This document shows positions 51,189-64,000 of a stretch of DNA of 64,000 nt, in pieces. Location of the stretch: positions 11,346,001-11,410,000 of the forward strand of contig NC_092680.1 in assembly GCF_964355755.1 (NCBI RefSeq). The letters run 5' to 3'. The notes beneath the pieces are model-generated. The model was not told the origin of the DNA. It ran no database searches and saw only the letters and a list, made by a program, of their open reading frames with translations. This DNA is from Antedon mediterranea (lineage: Eukaryota > Animalia > Echinodermata). The first letter of the stretch is position 1. Each line of letters starts with the position of its first letter. Both the position numbers and the translations under genes were made by a program.

Positions 51189-52289
51189 GCCAAATGCGAT
51201 TTGAAGCTATTCTGTACACTTTGATGTTTTGTGTGAAAAAGTTTTGTCAAAATGCTCAAAATGGTCTAAAACGTTTTTAAAACGATATTAAGCTATTTTG
51301 TGCTCTTTGATGTTTTTGTGTAACCAAGTTTCATCGAAAATCACAAAATGGTCTAAAACGTCTCCAAATGCGATTTGAAGCTTTTCTAAGCACTTTGGTG
51401 TTTTTATGTTAACAAGTTTTTTCGAAAATCACAAAATGGTCTAAATCGTCTCCAAATGCGATTTGAAGCTCTTCTGTACACTTTGATGTTTTGTTTGAAA
51501 AAGTTTTGTCGAAATTCTCAAAATGGTCTAAAACGTTTTTAAATACGATATTAAGCTGTTTTGTGCACTTTGATGATTTGTGTGAAAAGTTTTAACGAAA
51601 TGCTCAAAATGGTCTAAAACGGTTTCTAATGTGATTTTAAGCACTTTGATGTTTTTGTGTAACCAAGTTTTTTCGAAAATCACAAAATAGTCTAAAACGT
51701 CTCCAAATGCGATTTGAAGCTTTTCTAAGCACTTTGGTGTTTTTATGTTAACAAGTTTTTTCGAAAATCACAAAATGGTCGAAAACGTCTCAAAATGCGA
51801 TTTGAGGATATTCTGAGCACTTTGGTGTTTTTTTGTTAAAAAGTTTTTTCGAAAATCACAAAATGGTCTAAAACGTCTCCAAATGCGATTTGAAGCTATT
51901 CTGTACACTTTGATGTTTTGTGTGAAAAAGTTTTGTCGAAATGCTCAAAATGGTCTAAAACGTTTTTAAATACGATATTAAGCTATTTTGTGATCTTTGA
52001 TGTTTTTGTGTGAAAAGTTTTATCGAAATGCTCAAAATGGTCTAAAACGTTTTTAAAACGATATTAAGCTATTTTGTGCTCTTTGATGTTTTTGTGTAAC
52101 CAAGTTTCATCGAAAATCACAAAATGGTCTAAAACGTCGCCAAATGCGATTTGAAGCTATTCTGTACACTTTGATGTTTTGTGTGAAAAAGTTTTGTCGA
52201 AATGCTCAAAATGGTCTAAAACGTTTTTAAAACGATATTAAGCTATTTTGTGCTCTTTGATGTTTTTGTGTAACCAAGTTTCATCGAAA
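50067..52289 (+). repeat. 1124-bp tandem duplication at the right end of the 4309-bp block
   Basis: ctaaatcg 50322/51446 and ggtcgaaa 50657/51781 both have offset 1124. Confidence 0.88.
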
Positions 52290-52800
52290 TCAACAAAATG
52301 GTCTAATACGTCTCCAAATGCGATTTGAAGCTTTTCCAAGCTTTTTGCTGTTTTTATGTTAAGTTTTTTCGAAAATCACAAAATGGTCTAAAACGTCTTC
52401 AAATGCGATTTGAAGCTATTCTGTACACTTTGATGTTTTGTGTGAAAAAGTTTTGTCGAAATGCTCAAAATGGTCTAAAACGTTTTTAAATACGATATTA
52501 AGCTATTTTGTGATCTTTGATGTTTTTGTGTGAAAAGTTTTATCAAAATGCTCAAAATGGTCTGAAACGGTTTCTAATGCGATTTGAAGCTATTCTGTAC
52601 ACTTTGAAGTTTTGTGTGAAAAAGTTTTCTCGAAATGCTCAAAATGGTCTAAAACGTTTTTATATACCATATTAAGCTATTTTGTGCACTTTGATGTTTT
52701 TTTTGAAAAGTTTTATCGAAATGCTCAAAATGGTCTAAAACGGTTTCTATTGGGATTTTAAGCACTTTGATGATTTTGTGTAACCAAGTTTCATCGAAAA

Positions 52801-55800
52801 TCACAAAATGGTCTAAAACGTCTCCAAATGCGATTTGAGGATATTCTGAGCACTTTGGTGTTTTTTTGTTAAAAAGTTTTTTCGAAAATCACAAAATGGT
52901 CTAAAACGTCTCCAAATGCGATTTGAAGCTATTCTGTACACTTTGATGTTTTGTGTGAAAAAGTTTTGTCGAAATGCTCAAAATGGTCTAAAACGTTTTT
53001 AAATACGATATTAAGCTATTTTGTGATCTTTGATGTTTTTGTGTGAAAAGTTTTATCGAAATGCTCAAAATGGTCTAAAACGTTTTTAAAACGATATTAA
53101 GCTATTTTGTGCTCTTTGATGTTTTTGTGTAACCAAGTTTCATCGAAAATCACAAAATGGTCTAAAACGTCGCCAAATGCGATTTGAAGCTTTTCTAAGC
53201 ACTTTGGTGTTTTTATGTTAACAAGTTTTTTCGAAAATCACGAAATGGTCTAAAATATCTCCAAATGCGATTTGAAGATATTCTGAGCACTTTGGTGTTT
53301 TTATGTTAAAAAGTTTTTTCGAAAACCACAAAATGGTCTAAAACGTCTCCAAACGCGATTTGAAGCTCTTCTGTACACTTTGATGTTTTGTGTGAAAAAG
53401 TTTTGTCGAAATTCTCAAAATGGTCTAAAACGTTTTTAAATACGATATTAAGCTGTTTTGTGCACTTTGATGATTTGTGTGAAAAGTTTTAACGAAATGC
53501 TCAAAATGGTCAAAAACGGTTTCTAATGTGATTTTAAGCACTTTGATGTTTTTGTGTAACCAAGTTTTTTCAAAAATCACAAAATGGTCTAAAACGTCTC
53601 CAAATGCGATTTGAAGCTTTTCTAAGCACTTTGGTGTTTTTATGTTAACAAGTTTTTTCGAAAATCACAAAATGGTCTAAAACGTCTCCAAATGCGATTT
53701 GAAGATATTCTGAGCACTTTGGTGTTTTTATGTTAAAAAGTTTTTTCGAAAATCACAAAATAGTCTAAAACGTCTCCAAATGCGATTTGAAGCTATTCTG
53801 TACACTTTGATGTTTTGTGTGAAAAAGTTTTGTCGAAATGCTCAAAATGGTCTAAAACGTTTTTAAAACGATATTATTAAGCTATTTTGTGCTCTTTGAT
53901 GTTTTTGTGTAACCAAGTTTCATCGAAAATCACAAAATGGTCTAAAACGTCTCAAAATGCGATTTGAAGCTTTTCTAAGCACTTTGGTGTTTTTATCTTA
54001 ACAAGTTTTTTCGAAAATCACGAAATGGTCTAAAATGTCTCCAAATGCGATTTGAAGATATTCTGAGCACTTTGGTGTTTTTATGTTAAAAAGTTTTTTC
54101 GAAAATCACAAAATGGTCTAAAACGTCTCCAAATGCGATTTGAAGCTCTTCTGTACACTTTTATGTTTTGTGTGAAAAAGTTTTGTCGAAATGCTCAAAA
54201 TGGTCTAAAACGTTTTTAAATACGATATTAAGCTGTTTTGTGCACTTTGATGATTTGTGTGAAAAGTTTTAACGAAATGCTCAAAATGGTCTAAAACGGT
54301 TTCTAATGTGATTTTAAGCACTTTGATGTTTTTGTGTAACCAAGTTTTTTCGAAAATCACAAAATAGTCTAAAACGTCTCCAAATGCGATTTGAAGCTTT
54401 TCTAAGCACTTTGGTGTTTTTATGTTAACAAGTTTTTTCGAAAATCACAAAATGGTCTAAAACGTCTCCAAATGCGATTTGAGGATATTCTGAGCACTTT
54501 GGTGTTTTTTTGTTAAAAAGTTTTTTCGAAAATCACAAAATGGTCTAAAACGTCTCCAAATGCGATTTGAAGCTATTCTGTACACTTTGATGTTTTGTGT
54601 GAAAAAGTTTTGTCGAAATGCTCAAAATGGTCTAAAACGTTTTTAAATACGATATTAAGCTATTTTGTGATCTTTGATGTTTTTGTGTGAAAAGTTTTAT
54701 CGAAATGCTCAAAATGGTCTAAAACGGTTTCTATTGTGATTTTAAGCACTTTGATGATTTTGTGTAACCAAGTTTCATCGAAATGTACAAAATGGTCTAA
54801 AACGTCTCCAAATGCGATTTGAAGCTATTCTAAGTACTTTTGTGTTTTTATGTTAACAAGTTTTTTCGAAAATCACAAAATGGTCTAAAACGTCTCAAAA
54901 TGCGATTTGAAGCTATTCTGTACACTTTGATGTTTTGTGTGAAAAAGTTTTGTCGAAATGCTCAAAATGGTCTAAAACGTTTTTAAAACGATATTAAGCT
55001 ATTTTGTGCTCTTTGATGTTTTTGTGTAACCAAGTTTCATCGAAATCAACAAAATGGTCTAATACGTCTCCAAATGCGATTTGAAGCTTTTCCAAGCTTT
55101 TTGCTGTTTTTATGTTAAGTTTTTTCGAAAATCACAAAATGGTCTAAAACGTCTTCAAATGCGATTTGAAGCTATTCTGTACACTTTGATGTTTTGTGTG
55201 AAAAAGTTTTGTCGAAATGCTCAAAATGGTCTAAAACGTTTTTAAATACGATATTAAGCTATTTTGTGATCTTTGATGTTTTTGTGTGAAAAGTTTTATC
55301 AAAATGCTCAAAATGGTCTGAAACGGTTTCTAATGCGATTTGAAGCTATTCTGTAATCTTTGAAGTTTTGTGTGAAAAAGTTTTCTCGAAATGCTCAAAA
55401 TGGTCTAAAACGTTTTTATATACCATATTAAGCTATTTTGTGCACTTTGATGTTTTTGTGTGAAAAGTTTTATCGAAATGCTCAAAATGGTCTAAAACGG
55501 TTTCTATTGTGATTTTAAGCACTTTGATGATTTTGTGTAACCAAGTTTCATCGAAATGTACAAAATGGTCTAAAACGTCTCCAAATGCGATTTGAAGCTA
55601 TTCTAAGTACTTTTGTGTTTTTATGTTAACAAGTTTTTTCGAAAATCACAAAATGGTCTAAAACGTCTCAAAATGCGATTTGAAGCTATTCTGTACACTT
55701 TGATGTTTTGTGTGAAAAAGTTTTGTCGAAATGCTCAAAATGGTCTAAAACGTTTTTAAAACGATATTAAGCTATTTTGTGCTCTTTGATGTTTTTGTGT

Positions 55801-56790
55801 AACCAAGTTTCATCGAAATCAACAAAATGGTCTAATACGTCTCCAAATGCGATTTGAAGCTTTTCCAAGCTTTTTGCTGTTTTTATGTTAAGTTTTTTCG
55901 AAAATCACAAAATGGTCTAAAACGTCTTCAAATGCGATTTGAAGCTATTCTGTACACTTTGATGTTTTGTGTGAAAAAGTTTTGTCGAAATGCTCAAAAT
56001 GGTCTAAAACGTTTTTAAATACGATATTAAGCTATTTTGTGATCTTTGATGTTTTTGTGTGAAAAGTTTTATCAAAATGCTCAAAATGGTCTGAAACGGT
56101 TTCTAATGCGATTTGAAGCTATTCTGTACACTTTGAAGTTTTGTGTGAAAAAGTTTTCTCGAAATGCTCAAAATGGTCTAAAACGTTTTTATATACCATA
56201 TTAAGCTATTTTGTGCACTTTGATGTTTTTTTTGAAAAGTTTTATCGAAATGCTCAAAATGGTCTAAAACGGTTTCTATTGGGATTTTAAGCACTTTGAT
56301 GATTTTGTGTAACCAAGTTTCATCGAAAATCACAAAATGGTCTAAAACGTCTCCAAATGCGATTTGAAGCTTTTCTAAGCACTTTTGTGTTTTTATGTTA
56401 ACAAGTTTTTTCGAAAATCACAAAATGGTCTAAAACGTCTTCAAATGCGATTTGAAGCTATTCTGTACACTTTTATGTTTTGTGTGAAAAAGTTTTGTCG
56501 AAATTCTCAAAATGGTCTAAAACGTTTTTAAATACGATATTAAGCTGTTTTGTGCACTTTGATGATTTGTGTGAAAAGTTTTAACGAAATGCTCAAAATG
56601 GTCTAAAACGGTTTCTAATGTGATTTTAAGCACTTTGATGTTTTTGTGTAACCAAGTTTTTTCGAAAATCACAAAATAGTTTAAAACGTCTCCAAATGCG
56701 ATTTGAAGCTTTTCTAAGCACTTTGGTGTTTTTATGTTAACAAGTTTTTTCGAAAATCACAAAATGGTCTAAAACGTCTCCAAATGCGAT
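52801..56790 (+). repeat. Dispersed copy of ~36350-39570 (offset 16448; 17221 after an internal 773-bp duplication)
   Basis: The 3-bp insertion cgatattattaag occurs at 37421/53869 and ccaagctttttgctg at 38644/55092. Confidence 0.83.
54672..56228 (+). repeat. 773-bp (9-monomer) tandem duplication
   Basis: ccaagctttttgctg..atgttaagtt occurs at 55092 and 55865; junction ctttgatg at 54672/55445. Confidence 0.83.
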
Positions 56791-59700
56791 TTGAGGATAT
56801 TCTGAGCACTTTGGTGTTTTTTTGTTAAAAAGTTTTTTCGAAAATCACAAAATGGTCTAAAACGTCTCCAAATGCGATTTGAAGCTATTCTGTACACTTT
56901 GATGTTTTGTGTGAAAAAGTTTTGTCGAAATTCTCAAAATGTTCTAAAACGTTTTTAAATACGATATTAAGCTATTTTGTGATCTTTGATGTTTTTGTGT
57001 GAAAAGTTTTATCGAAATGCTCAAAATGGTCTAAAACGTTTTTAAAACGATATTAAGCTATTTTGTGCTCTTTGATGTTTTTGTGTAACCAAGTTTCATC
57101 GAAAATCACAAAATGGTCTAAAACGTCGCCAAATGCGATTTGAAGCTTTTCTAAGCACTTTGGTGTTTTTATGTTAACAAGTTTTTTCGATAATCACGAA
57201 ATGGTCTAAAATATCTCCAAATGCGATTTGAAGATATTCTGAGCACTTTGGTGTTTTTATGTTCAAAAGTTTTTTCGAAAATCACAAAATAGTCTAAAAC
57301 GTCTCCAAATGCGATTTGAAGCTATTCTGTACACTTTGAAGTTTTGTGTGAAAAAGTTTTGTCGAAATGCTCAAAATGGTCTAAAACGTTTTTAAAACGA
57401 TATTAAGCTATTTTGTGCACTTTAATGATTTGTGTGAAAAGTTTTACGAAATGCTCAAAATGGTCTAAAACGGTTTCTAATGTGATTTTAAGCACTTTGA
57501 TGTTTTTGTGTAACCAAGTTTTTTCGAAAATCACAAAATGGTCTAAAACGTCTCCAAATGCGATTTCAAGCTTTTCTAAGCACTTTGGTGTTTTTATGTT
57601 AACAAGTTTTTTCGAAAATCACAAAATGGTCTAAAACGTCTCCAAATGCGATTTGAAGCTTTTCTAAGCACTTTGGTGTTTTTATGTTAACAAGTTTTTT
57701 CGAAAATCTTGAAATGGTCTAAAATGTCTCCAAATGCGATTTGAAGCTATTCTGTACACTTTGATGTTTTGTGTGAAAAAGTTTTGTCGAAATGCTCAAA
57801 ATGGTCTAAAACGTTTTTAAAACGATATTAAGCTATTTTGTGCACTTTAATGATTTGTGTGAAAAGTTTTACGAAATGCTCAAAATGGTCTAAAACGGTT
57901 TCTAATGTGATTTTAAGCACTTTGATGTTTTTGTGTAACCAAGTTTTTTCGAAAATCACAAAATGGTCTAAAACGTCTCCAAATGCGATTTCAAGCTTTT
58001 CTAAGCACTTTGGTGTTTTTATGTTAACAAGTTTTTTCGAAAATCACAAAATGGTCTAAAACGTCTCCAAATGCGATTTGAGGATATTCTGAGCACTTTG
58101 GTGTTTTTATGTTAAAAAGTTTTTTCGAAAATCACAAATTGGTCTAAAACGTCTCCAAATGCGATTTGAAGCTATTCTGTACACTTTGATGTTTTGTGTG
58201 AAAAAGTTTTGTCAAAATGCTCAAAATGGTCTAAAACGTTTTTAAAACGATATTAAGCTATTTTGTGCTCTTTGATGTTTTTGTGTAACCAAGTTTCATC
58301 GAAATCAACAAAATGGTCTAATACGTCTCCAAATGCGATTTGAAGTTTTTCCAAGCACTTTGCTGTTTTTATGTTAACAAGTTTTTTCGAAAATCACAAA
58401 ATGGTCTAAAACGTCTTCAAATGCGATTTGAAGCTATTCTGTACACTTTGATGTTTTGTGTGAAAAAGTTTTGTCGAAATGCTCAAAATGGTCTAAAACG
58501 TTTTTAAATACGATATAAAGCTATTTTGTGATCTTTGATGTTTTTGTGTGAAAAGTTTTATCGAAATGCTCAAAATGGTCTAAAACGGTTTCTAATGCGA
58601 TTTGAAGCTATTCTGTACCCTTTGAAGTTTTTTGTGAAAAAGTTTTCTCGAAATGCTCAAAATGGTCTAAAAAGTTTTTATATACCATATTAAGCTATTT
58701 TGTGCACTTTGATGTTTTTTGTGAAAAGTTTTATCGAAATGCTCAAAATGGTCTAAAACGGTTTCTATTGGGATTTTAAGCACTTTGATGATTTTGTGTA
58801 ACCAAGTTTCATCGAAATGTACAAAATGGTCTAAAACGTCTCCAAATGCGATTTGAAGCTATTCTAAGTACTTTTGTGTTTTTATGTTAACAAGTTTTTT
58901 CGAAAATCACAAAATGGTCTAAAACGTCTTCAAATGCGATTTGAAGCTATTCTGTACACTTTTATGTTTTGTGTGAAAAAGTTTTGTCGAAATTCTCAAA
59001 ATGGTCTAAAACGTTTTTAAATACGATATTAAGCTGTTTTGTGCACTTTGATGATTTGTGTGAAAAGTTTTAACGAAATGCTCAAAATGGTCAAAAACGG
59101 TTTCTAATGTGATTTTAAGCACTTTGATGTTTTTGTGTAACCAAGTTTTTTCAAAAATCACAAAATGGTCTAAAACGTCTCCAAATGCGATTTGAAGCTT
59201 TTCTAAGCACTTTGGTGTTTTTATGTTAACAAGTTTTTTCGAAAATCACAAAATGGTCTAAAACGTCTCCAAATGCGATTTGAAGATATTCTGAGCACTT
59301 TGGTGTTTTTATGTTAAAAAGTTTTTTCGAAAATCACAAAATAGTCTAAAACGTCTCCAAATGCGATTTGAAGCTATTCTGTACACTTTGATGTTTTGTG
59401 TGAAAAAGTTTTGTCGAAATGCTCAAAATGGTCTAAAACGTTTTTAAAACGATATTAAGCTATTTTGTGCTCTTTGATGTTTTTGTGTAACCAAGTTTCA
59501 TCGAAAATCACAAAATGGTCTAAAACGTCTCAAAATGCGATTTGAAGCTTTTCTAAGCACTTTGGTGTTTTTATGTTAACAAGTTTTTTCGAAAATCACG
59601 AAATGGTTTAAAATATCTCCAAATGCGATTTGAAGATATTCTGAGCACTTTGGTGTTTTTATGTTAAAAAGTTTTTTCGAAAATCACAAAATGGTCTAAA

Positions 59701-60536
59701 ACGTCTCCAAATGCGATTTGAAGCTCTTCTGTACACTTTGATGTTTTGTGTGAAAAAGTTTTGTCGAAATGCTCAAAATGGTCTAAAACGTTTTCAAATA
59801 CGATATTAAGCTGTTTTGTGCACTTTGATGATTTGTGTGAAAAGTTTTAACGAAATCCTCAAAATGGTCTAAAACGGTTTCTAATGTGATTTTAAGCACT
59901 TTGATGTTTTTGTGTAACCAAGTTTTATCGAAAATCACAAAATAGTCTAAAACGTCTCCAAATGCGATTTGAAGCTTTTCTAAGCACTTTGGTGTTTTTA
60001 TGTTAACAAGTTTTTTCGAAAATCACAAAATGGTCTAAAACGTCTCCAAATGCGATTTGAGGATATTCTGAGCACTTTGGTGTTTTTTTGTTAAAAAGTT
60101 TTTTCGAAAATCACAAAATGGTCTAAAACGTCTCCAAATGCGATTTGAAGCTATTCTGTACACTTTGATGTTTTGTGTGAAAAAGTTTTGTCGAAATGCT
60201 CAAAATGGTCTAAAACATTTTTAAATACGATATTAAGCTATTTTGTGATCTTTGATGTTTTTGTGTGAAAAGTTTTATCGAAATGCTCAAAATGGTCTAA
60301 AACGGTTTCTATTGTGATTTTAAGCACTTTGATGATTTTGTGTAACCAAGTTTCATCGAAATGTACAAAATGGTCTAAAACGTCTCCAAATGCGATTTGA
60401 AGCTATTCTAAGTACTTTTGTGTTTTTATGTTAACAAGTTTTTTCGAAAATCACAAAATGGTCTAAAACGTCTTCAAATGCGATTTGAAGCTATTCTGTA
60501 CACTTTGATGTTTTGTGTGAAAAAGTTTTGTCAAAA
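55850..60536 (+). repeat. Dispersed copy of ~26430-31374 (offsets 29416/29415, then 29162)
   Basis: ORF pairs 27998/57413 and 28423/57838; gtacccttt 29457/58619; aaatcctc 30695/59857; shared gttcaaaag and aatcttgaa variants. Confidence 0.85.
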
Positions 60537-63500
60537 TGCTCAAAATGGTCTAAAACGTTTTTAAAACGATATTAAGCTATTTTGTGCTCTTTGATGTTTT
60601 TGTGTAACCAAGTTTCATCGAAAATCACAACATGGTCTAAAACGTCTCCAAATGCGATTTGAAGCTTTTCTAAGCACTTTGGTGTTTTTATGTTAACAAG
60701 TTTTTTCGAAAATCACAAAATGGTCTAAAACGTCTCCAAATGCGATTTGAAGCTCTTCTGTACACTTTGATGTTTTGTTTGAAAAAGTTTTGTCGAAATT
60801 CTCAAAATGGTCTAAAACGTTTTTAAATTCGATATTAAGCTGTTTTGTGCACTTTGATGATTTGTGTGAAAAGTTTTAACGAAATGCTCAAAATGGTCAA
60901 AAACGGTTTCTAATGTGATTTTAAGCACTTTGATGTTTTTGTGTAACCAAGTTTTTTCGAAAATCACAAAATGGTCTAAAACGTCTCCAAATGCGATTTG
61001 AGGATATTCTGAGCACTTTGGTGTTTTTATGTTAAAAAGTTTTTTCGAAAATCACAAAATGGTCTAAAACGTCTCAAAATGCGATTTGAAGCTAATCTGT
61101 ACACTTTGATGTTTTGTGTGAAAAAGTTTTGTCGAAATGCTCAAAATGGTCTAAAACGTTTTTAAAACGATATTAAGCTATTTTGTGCTCTTTGATGTTT
61201 TTGTGTAACCAAGTTTCATCGAAATCAACAAAATGGTCTAATACGTCTCCAAATGCGATTTGAAGCTTTTCCAAGCACTTTGCTGTTTTTATGTTAACAA
61301 GTTTTTTCGAAAATCACAAAATGGTCTAAAACGTCTTCAAATGCGATTTGAAGCTATTCTGTAGACTTTGATGTTTTGTGTGAAAAAGTTTTGTCGAAAT
61401 GCTCAAAATGGTCTAAAACGTTTTTAAATACGATATTAAGCTATTTTGTGATCTTTGATGTTTTTGTGTGAAAAGTTTTATCAAAATGCTCAAAGTGGTC
61501 TGAAACGGTTTCTAATGCGATTTGAAGCTATTCTGTACACTTTGAAGTTTTGTGTGAAAAAGTTTTCTCGAAATGCTCAAAATGGTCTAAAACGTTTTTA
61601 TATACCATATTAAGCTATTTTGTGCACTTTGATGTTTTTTGTGAAAAGTTTTATCGAAATGCTCAAAATGGTCTAAAACGGTTTCTATTGGGATTTTAAG
61701 CACTTTGATGATTTTGTGTAACCAAGTTTCATCGAAATGTACAAAATGGTCTAAAACGTCTCCAAATGCGATTTGAAGCTATTCTAAGTACTTTTGTGTT
61801 TTTATGTTAACAAGTTTTTTCGAAAATCACAAAATGGTCTAAAACGTCTTTCAAATGCGATTTGAAGCTATTCTGTACACTTTTATGTTTTGTGTGAAAA
61901 AGTTTTGTCGAAATTCTCAAAATGGTCTAAAACGTTTTTAAATACGATATTAAGCTGTTTTGTGCACTTTGATGATTTGTGTGAAAAGTTTTAACGAAAT
62001 GCTCAAAATGGTCAAAAACGGTTTCTAATGTGATTTTAAGCACTTTGATGTTTTTGTGTAACCAAGTTTTTTCAAAAATCACAAAATGGTCTAAAACGTC
62101 TCCAAATGCGATTTGAAGCTTTTCTAAGCACTTTGGTGTTTTTATGTTAACAAGTTTTTTCGAAAATTACAAAATGGTCTAAAACGTCTCCAAATGCGAT
62201 TTGAAGATATTCTGAGCACTTTGGTGTTTTTATGTTAAAAAGTTTTTTCGAAAATCACAAAATAGTCTAAAACGTCTCCAAATGCGATTTGAAGCTATTC
62301 TGTACACTTTGATGTTTTGTGTGAAAAAGTTTTGTCGAAATGCTCAAAATGGTCTAAAACGTTTTTAAAACGATATTAAGCTATTTTGTGCTCTTTGATG
62401 TTTTTTTGTAACCAAGTTTCATCGAAAATCACAAAATGGTCTAAAACGTCTCAAAATGCGATTTGAAGCTTTTCTAAGCACTTTGGTGTTTTTATGTTAA
62501 CAAGTTTTTTCGAAAATCACGAAATGGTCTAAAATGTCTCCAAATGCGATTTGAAGATATTCTGAGCACTTTGGTGTTTTTATGTTAAAAAGTTTTTTCG
62601 AAAATCACAAAATGGTCTAAAACGTCTCCAAATGCGATTTGAAGCTCTTCTGTACACTTTGATGTTTTGTGTGAAAAAGTTTTGTCGAAATGCTCAAAAT
62701 GGTCTAAAACGTTTTCAAATACGATATTAAGCTGTTTTGTGCACTTTGATGATTTGTGTGAAAAGTTTTAACGAAATGCTCAAAATGGTCTAAAACGGTT
62801 TCTAATGTGATTTTAAGCACTTTGGTGTTTTTATGTTAACAAGTTTTTTCGAAAATCACAAAATGGTCTAAAACGTCTCCAAATGCGATTTGAGGATATT
62901 CTGAGCTCTTTGGTGTTTTTTTGTTAAAAAGTTTTTTCGAAAATCACAAAATGGTCTAAAACGTCTCCAAATGCGATTTGAAGCTATTCTGTACACTTTG
63001 ATGTTTTGTGTGAAAAAGTTTTGTCGAAATGCTCAAAATGGTCTAAAACATTTTTAAATACGATATTAAGCTATTTTGTGATCTTTGATGTTTTTGTGTG
63101 AAAAGTTTTATCGAAATGCTCAAAATGGTCTAAAACGGTTTCTATTGTGATTTTAAGCACTTTGATGATTTTGTGTAACCAAGTTTCATCGAAATGTACA
63201 AAATGGTCTAAAACGTCTTTAAATGCGATTTGAAGCTATTCTAAGTACTTTTGTGTTTTTATGTTAACAAGTTTTTTCGAAAATCACAAAATGGTCTAAA
63301 ACGTCTTCAAATGCGATTTGAAGCTATTCTGTACACTTTGATGTTTTGTGTGAAAAAGTTTTGTCAAAATGCTCAAAATGGTCTAAAACGTTTTTAAAAC
63401 GATATTAAGCTATTTTGTGCTCTTTGATGTTTTTGTGTAACCAAGTTTCATCGAAAATCACAACATTGTCTAAAACGTCTCCAAATGCGATTTGAAGCTT

Positions 63501-63950
63501 TTCTAAGCACTTTGGTGTTTTTATGTTAACAAGTTTTTTCGAAAATCACAAAATGGTCTAAAACGTCTCCAAATGCGATTTGAAGCTCTTCAGTACACTT
63601 TGATGTTTTGTTTGAAAAAGTTTTGTCGAAATTCTCAAAATGGTCTAAAACGTTTTTAAATTCGATATTAAGCTGTTTTGTGCACTTTGATGATTTGTGT
63701 GAAAAGTTTTAACGAAATGCTCAAAATGGTCTAAAACGGTTTCTAATGTGATTTTAAGCACTTTGATGTTTTTGTGTAACCAAGTTTTTTCGAAAATCAC
63801 AAAATAGTCTAAAACGTCTCCAAATGCGATTTGAAGCTTTTCTAAGCACTTTGGTGTTTTTATGTTAACAAGTTTTTTCGAAAATCACAAAATGGTCTAA
63901 AACGTCTCCAAATGCGATTTGAGGATATTCTGAGCACTTTGGTGTTTTTA
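60300..63950 (+). repeat. Dispersed copy of ~22200-25870 (offset 38083)
   Basis: gctaatctg 23012/61095; tgagctcttt 24824/62907; shared gtagacttt, gtctttcaaa, gtctttaaa and the E/A chimeric monomer. Confidence 0.83.
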
Positions 63951-64000
63951 TGTTAATAAGTTTTTTCGAAAATCACAAAATGGTCTAAAACGTCTTCAAA

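Larger units (their letters stand above)
1..64000 (+). repeat. Satellite DNA array, 78-88-bp monomers (~740 copies), head-to-tail, with higher-order repeat organisation; probable centromeric/heterochromatic satellite
   Basis: The motif (g)gtctaaaacg recurs at 72, 160, 248, 335, 422, 500... (spacings 88, 88, 87, 87, 78) and continues without non-satellite sequence or strand switch to the window end. The 88-bp type has 28/88 G+C. The repeat itself is directly seen; the centromeric role is inference. Confidence 0.99.

Noticed and set aside
1-64000. CRISPR-like pattern (conserved aaaatggtctaaaacg with variable intervening sequence)
   Set aside because: The intervening segments are homologous to each other and fall into about nine recurring types rather than unique spacers. 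There are no cas genes or leader.
1-64000. tRNA/5S rRNA/snRNA tandem gene array or telomeric repeat
   Set aside because: No cloverleaf, Pol III A/B/C boxes, rRNA similarity or G-rich telomeric motif is recognisable, and the sequence is ~70% AT.

Overview
The entire 64-kb window is one uninterrupted, head-to-tail, AT-rich (~30% GC) tandem satellite array of roughly 740 monomers of 78-88 bp, anchored on the conserved motif aaaatggtctaaaacg. It looks like eukaryotic centromeric/pericentromeric or other heterochromatic satellite DNA; I cannot name the family or organism from the sequence. I see no credible genes, RNA genes, transposon insertions or orientation switches, and the listed ORFs are by-products of the repeat. 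The interest lies in the architecture. (i) About nine monomer types (88/88/87/87/86/78 bp plus chimeras) follow a cyclic order that appears derived from a ~428-bp pentamer. (ii) These build variable 9-, 10- and 12-mer higher-order repeats (777, 864, 1029 bp). (iii) Recent nested tandem duplications have periods of 425, 601, 773, 1124, 2242, 4309 and 10851/10939 bp, and dispersed multi-kb copies lie at offsets of 16-38 kb. (iv) The monomer appears to be a degenerate palindrome made of two inverted arms. (v) The short monomer lacks exactly 10 bp (about one helical turn). (vi) Variants are frequently CpG->TpG/CpA. All offsets were counted by hand from diagnostic variants, so block boundaries are approximate.
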